Part shown: piece by piece, positions 35,504 to 38,035 of the stretch
Layout of the letters: every line of letters starts with the position of its first letter
Position numbering within the stretch: position 1 is the first letter of the stretch
DNA from: a virus
Virus genome (UHGV): UHGV-0072754
Direction: 5' to 3' (one strand)
DNA length: 38,035 nucleotides
Program-made: the position numbers and the translations under genes
Notes under the pieces: model-generated
What the model was told of the DNA's origin: nothing
Databases searched by the model: none
Seen by the model: the letters and a program-made list of their open reading frames with translations, nothing else

Positions 35504-35743
35504 ATGCCTCGCCAATATGATATTCACGCAGCTTTTTTAGCCTCTATAGAACAGAATCCAAAGGGCTACCTTTGCCTAAAAACAAACAAATTCATCAATA
35601 ATTTGCGCGAGAAGAACTGGCATTTCAGCCAGGCAGACGCTAACGCATGGATTGAGAGATACCAGCCTGATTTTGCTGATAAGACGACGGATGGCAGTGA
35701 TAACCGTTACTGGATCTTGCGAAATATGGGGAGGGTATTCTGA
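35504..35743 (+). CDS. Hypothetical protein (79 aa), first gene of LexA-box-proximal operon
   Basis: GAGGG SD; 24 nt downstream of the LexA box; ATGA-coupled to next gene. Confidence 0.5.
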   Translation: MPRQYDIHAAFLASIEQNPKGYLCLKTNKFINNLREKNWHFSQADANAWIERYQPDFADKTTDGSDNRYWILRNMGRVF

Positions 35744-36063
35744 TGGGCTTTCCTTCACCAGCAATGGATTACCAGGAACAACGGTTAACCATCGATCTGT
35801 TATGCGGAATTGATGGAAACTGCAGGGTAATAGAAACGTCATGCGGTTGGGCTGTCATTAACGTTGCCATGAGGCCAGAGCAGGGAGATACGCTACTGGT
35901 AAGAATGGATAACAGGAACGAGTTTGCAAAGCTATACGGGGCGGCATTGATAACTGAAGATGGTGAAGCGATAGAAGGCGACGCGCTGGATGACGTGGAG
36001 GTTTTTGGCGTGCTAACGCATAGTCTTAACCGGGTTGGTAATGATGACTGCCCGGCAATTTAA
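35743..36063 (+). CDS. UmuD'-like protein lacking the Ser/Lys catalytic dyad (106 aa)
   Basis: N-terminus MGFPSPAMDYQEQR matches UmuD residues 25-38 (GFPSPAADYVEQR) and C-terminus DVEVFGVLTHSL matches DTLDVFGVVIHV; no GDSM motif. Confidence 0.55.
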   Translation: MGFPSPAMDYQEQRLTIDLLCGIDGNCRVIETSCGWAVINVAMRPEQGDTLLVRMDNRNEFAKLYGAALITEDGEAIEGDALDDVEVFGVLTHSLNRVGNDDCPAI

Positions 36064-36115
36064 AGCAGGGTTCAACCATCATTTCATCATCGTTTCGCCA
36101 TCATGGTTTACGGGA

Positions 36116-36146
36116 ACAAAAAACCAGCCTCTTACGGCTGGTTTTC
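36116..36146. terminator. Bidirectional-type terminator adjacent to tRNA-Pro fragment
   Basis: A-run, CCAGCC-tcttac-GGCTGG, T-run. Confidence 0.55.
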
Positions 36147-36156
36147 AAAGTGTTTT

Positions 36157-36205
36157 TGGTCGGCACGAGAGGATTTGAACCTCCGACCCCCGACACCCCA
36201 TGATG
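36157..36205 (-). other. tRNA-Pro(GGG) 3' fragment (~47 nt, anticodon loop to CCA); relic attachment-site candidate
   Basis: Minus-strand sequence TCATGGGGTGTCGGGGGTCGGAGGTTCAAATCCTCTCGTGCCGACCA matches the 3' part of E. coli proL as recalled; no 5' half present. Confidence 0.65.
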
Positions 36206-36211
36206 GTGACC

Positions 36212-36625
36212 TTACTTAACGTAAGTACCGCAAGTATTGCATTTATACTTACCGGCAAAACGAAATTGACCGTTTACTGCGCTCATTGAAGACATTTTCT
36301 TTTCTGAACTTTCATAGCATTTGGGACAAAAAGGGCCATTAGGCTTTCCTTCAATTTCATTAGCCCGCCAGTAAACTGCTTCACGGAAAACAAGCTCATC
36401 AGAAGCGTCCAGTTTTCCTTGCAATTCTGTAACCTTGCGCTTCAGTTCATACATCTCCAATTGCGTATCAGCCAATTCGATTTTTGCTTCTGATAAGGCG
36501 CTGTAAAGATCACTGATCTTTAACCTCATCTCGGCATCATTGTATGCTCCAGAGGCGTTTTTAATGTCTTTGGCTAAATCAAATGCGGTTTTCAGTGCGG
36601 TTAAACCTGTGACGATGTCTGCCAT
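36212..36625 (-). CDS. Hypothetical coiled-coil protein with C-terminal zinc-ribbon (137 aa)
   Basis: AAGAGGG SD; CPKC-x17-CNTC; low GC; sits between two tRNA fragments. Confidence 0.55.
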   Translation of the reverse strand: MADIVTGLTALKTAFDLAKDIKNASGAYNDAEMRLKISDLYSALSEAKIELADTQLEMYELKRKVTELQGKLDASDELVFREAVYWRANEIEGKPNGPFCPKCYESSEKKMSSMSAVNGQFRFAGKYKCNTCGTYVK

Positions 36626-36840
36626 AGTACCCTCTTATATTCAGAAAAATGATCTTCAAAACAACGAGTTTACATCCAGCGAAAGATTTTTTTTGTGAAT
36701 AAAATCAAACCAATTTCAGGCTCAACCATTCGCCATTGTGACTGTAGGATAACCGTAAACCATTGATTCAATTGATGTTAAAATTATGAATTAATGGCGA
36801 ACAATAAACATATGTATTTGATTTTTATAGAAAACACGCG

Positions 36841-36897
36841 TGATTTAAAATCCCTCGGCGTTCGCGCTGTGTGGGTTCAAGTCCCACTCCGGCTACC
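36841..36897 (+). other. tRNA-Leu(UAA) 3' fragment (57 nt); candidate prophage attR core
   Basis: GATTTAAAATCCCTCGGCGTTCGCGCTGTGTGGGTTCAAGTCCCACTCCGGCTACCA matches the leuZ-type tRNA-Leu 3' part from anticodon loop to CCA; upstream 30 nt are AT-rich non-tRNA sequence. Confidence 0.7.
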
Positions 36898-36937
36898 ATG
36901 GGAAACAAAGAATAATCAAAGCAATAAGCAGTGTCGT

Positions 36938-36962
36938 GAAACCACCGAAAGGTGGTTTTTTT
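36938..36962 (+). terminator. Intrinsic terminator of the host tRNA locus
   Basis: CCACC-gaaa-GGTGG then TTTTTTTT. Confidence 0.6.
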
Positions 36963-37200
36963 GTGCCTCTGGCTTAGCGCGAAGTGAGCGCATCTCATCG
37001 TCATCACGATCGTGCTGTGCCCGGAAATTTGCTGCCATACCAGAACGTTAAGCCTAACTCTCTAATATCAAGCCCGGAAAGCAGGGCGATTGTCAGCTAA
37101 CCTGCAACCAATCTTAAACAAATATTTCACTCGCCAGACACAGGTTGCCGCCGCTGATAAACTGGTTGGTATCCACCCTGGAGAGCGGAAGGTTATTGTC

Positions 37201-37878
37201 ATGCAATATGAAGAACAGCAGCTTATCAACGGCCTTTTCGAGCGTCTTAAACAGGCCGGACAACAAAACAGCAAACGTGATGCAGATGCAGAGCGTCAGA
37301 TCGCTGAATTTGTCAGACAGCAGCCTGCGGCCCCCTACTATATGGCGCAGTCGATTTTGATTCAGGAAACGGCGCTGAAACGTCTGCAGGCCCGGGTTCA
37401 GGAGCTTGAAAGCGAATTAGCCGCGCAAAAAAGCAAACCCTCGACGGGCGGCAGTTTCCTCGGCGGCCTGTTTGGTGGCGGGAAAAGTAACCCGCAGCCT
37501 GACAACAGCTGGAATGCCCAGCCGCAACAGCCACCGGCGCAGGATTACTCTCGGGCGCCAGCGCCAGCTACTCGCGGCGGCGGTTTTATGGCTGGCGCGC
37601 TCCAGACAGCCGCTGGCGTGGCCGGTGGCATCGCGCTTGCCGAGATGCTTACCAGCATGTTCCATCAGTCGCGGCCGGAAGAGATCGTGAACATCATCGA
37701 AGAACCGACAATGCCCGTCGGTGGTGGACCGTTTGTCGGTAATCAATACGGCGACGTTAATAACGTCTCTGACACCCGTTTCCTCAACCAGAACGATCCG
37801 TTCGGCAGTAATAACGACATCTGGCAGAACGACGATGTAGATGACGACTACAGCAATGACGACGACAGTTTTATTTAA
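37201..37878 (+). CDS. Host-side hypothetical protein, Gly-rich centre and Asp-rich C-terminus (225 aa from ATG 37201)
   Basis: Track ORF begins at TTG 37090; first ATG with plausible SD at 37201; GC content and codon use differ from the AT-rich islet. Confidence 0.45.
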   Translation: MQYEEQQLINGLFERLKQAGQQNSKRDADAERQIAEFVRQQPAAPYYMAQSILIQETALKRLQARVQELESELAAQKSKPSTGGSFLGGLFGGGKSNPQPDNSWNAQPQQPPAQDYSRAPAPATRGGGFMAGALQTAAGVAGGIALAEMLTSMFHQSRPEEIVNIIEEPTMPVGGGPFVGNQYGDVNNVSDTRFLNQNDPFGSNNDIWQNDDVDDDYSNDDDSFI

Positions 37879-38035
37879 CGACGTTATCGTGAAACTACCG
37901 AAATGAAGTGAACCCCGAAAGTTGGGTATCCAACGATTAGGGGTTTTGCGTTTCTGAATCAAAAAAACCTTTGAGGCTAAGCCTGAAGGCTCATAAATCA
38001 CATTCTTTTTACTATTTTTCTTACTAACAAACCTG

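Larger units (their letters stand above)
1..36897. mobile_element. Lambdoid prophage, right ~37 kb (left end with integrase/attL outside window)
   Basis: Contiguous lambda-like module order (repressor/cro, O-like, Q, lysis, HNH-terminase-portal-protease-capsid, tail, fibre) ending at a tRNA 3' fragment followed by a host-type terminator. Confidence 0.85.

Noticed and set aside
36157-36240. Possible intact tRNA-Pro gene on the minus strand
   Set aside because: The match stops at the anticodon loop; the sequence 5' of it is the end of the 137-aa ORF and does not pair with the acceptor 3' strand.
36811-36897. Possible intact tRNA-Leu gene
   Set aside because: Only the 3' 57 nt match tRNA-Leu; the upstream 30 nt are AT-rich and cannot form acceptor or D arms, so it is a fragment (att core), not a functional tRNA.
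37417-38001. Minus-strand 194-aa ORF at the host end
   Set aside because: Antisense to the better-supported plus-strand host gene; Arg/Val-rich artefactual composition.
1-38035. CRISPR arrays, rRNA genes, IS elements
   Set aside because: No regularly spaced direct repeats with unique spacers, no rRNA-like conserved blocks, and no transposase-like ORF flanked by inverted repeats were seen.

Overview
This window is the right-hand ~36.9 kb of a lambdoid temperate prophage in an enterobacterial chromosome, followed by ~1.1 kb of host DNA; the integrase and attL lie outside the window. All calls come from reading the sequence and recalling family signatures; no database search was run. Gene order: a leftward early operon (including a ParB-like nuclease-domain protein), an ORF-poor ~600 bp leader, a cI-like S24 repressor with palindromic operators and divergent cro, a cII-position protein, an O-like initiator with an internal iteron origin, an MT-A70 methylase, RusA, a KilA-N protein, a DUF968 protein, Q antiterminator, a terminator-rich late leader, holin(s), GH19 endolysin and overlapping spanins, an AT-rich two-gene moron, a glycosyltransferase trio, HNH-TerS-TerL-portal-protease-capsid (HK97-like), head-tail and tail genes with a G/GT -1 frameshift, a lipoprotein moron, tape measure, tip proteins, a lambda J-like protein, a side tail fibre, an SOS-box-controlled DinI-like/UmuD'-like module, a tRNA-Pro 3' fragment, a Zn-ribbon protein islet and a tRNA-Leu 3' fragment (candidate attR). 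The strongest candidates for an undescribed system are the late-operon glycosyltransferase trio (13.26-15.88 kb), the autonomous AT-rich moron (12.47-13.15 kb), the LexA-controlled 79-aa/UmuD'-like operon, the lipoprotein moron inside the tail operon, and the islet between the two tRNA fragments.
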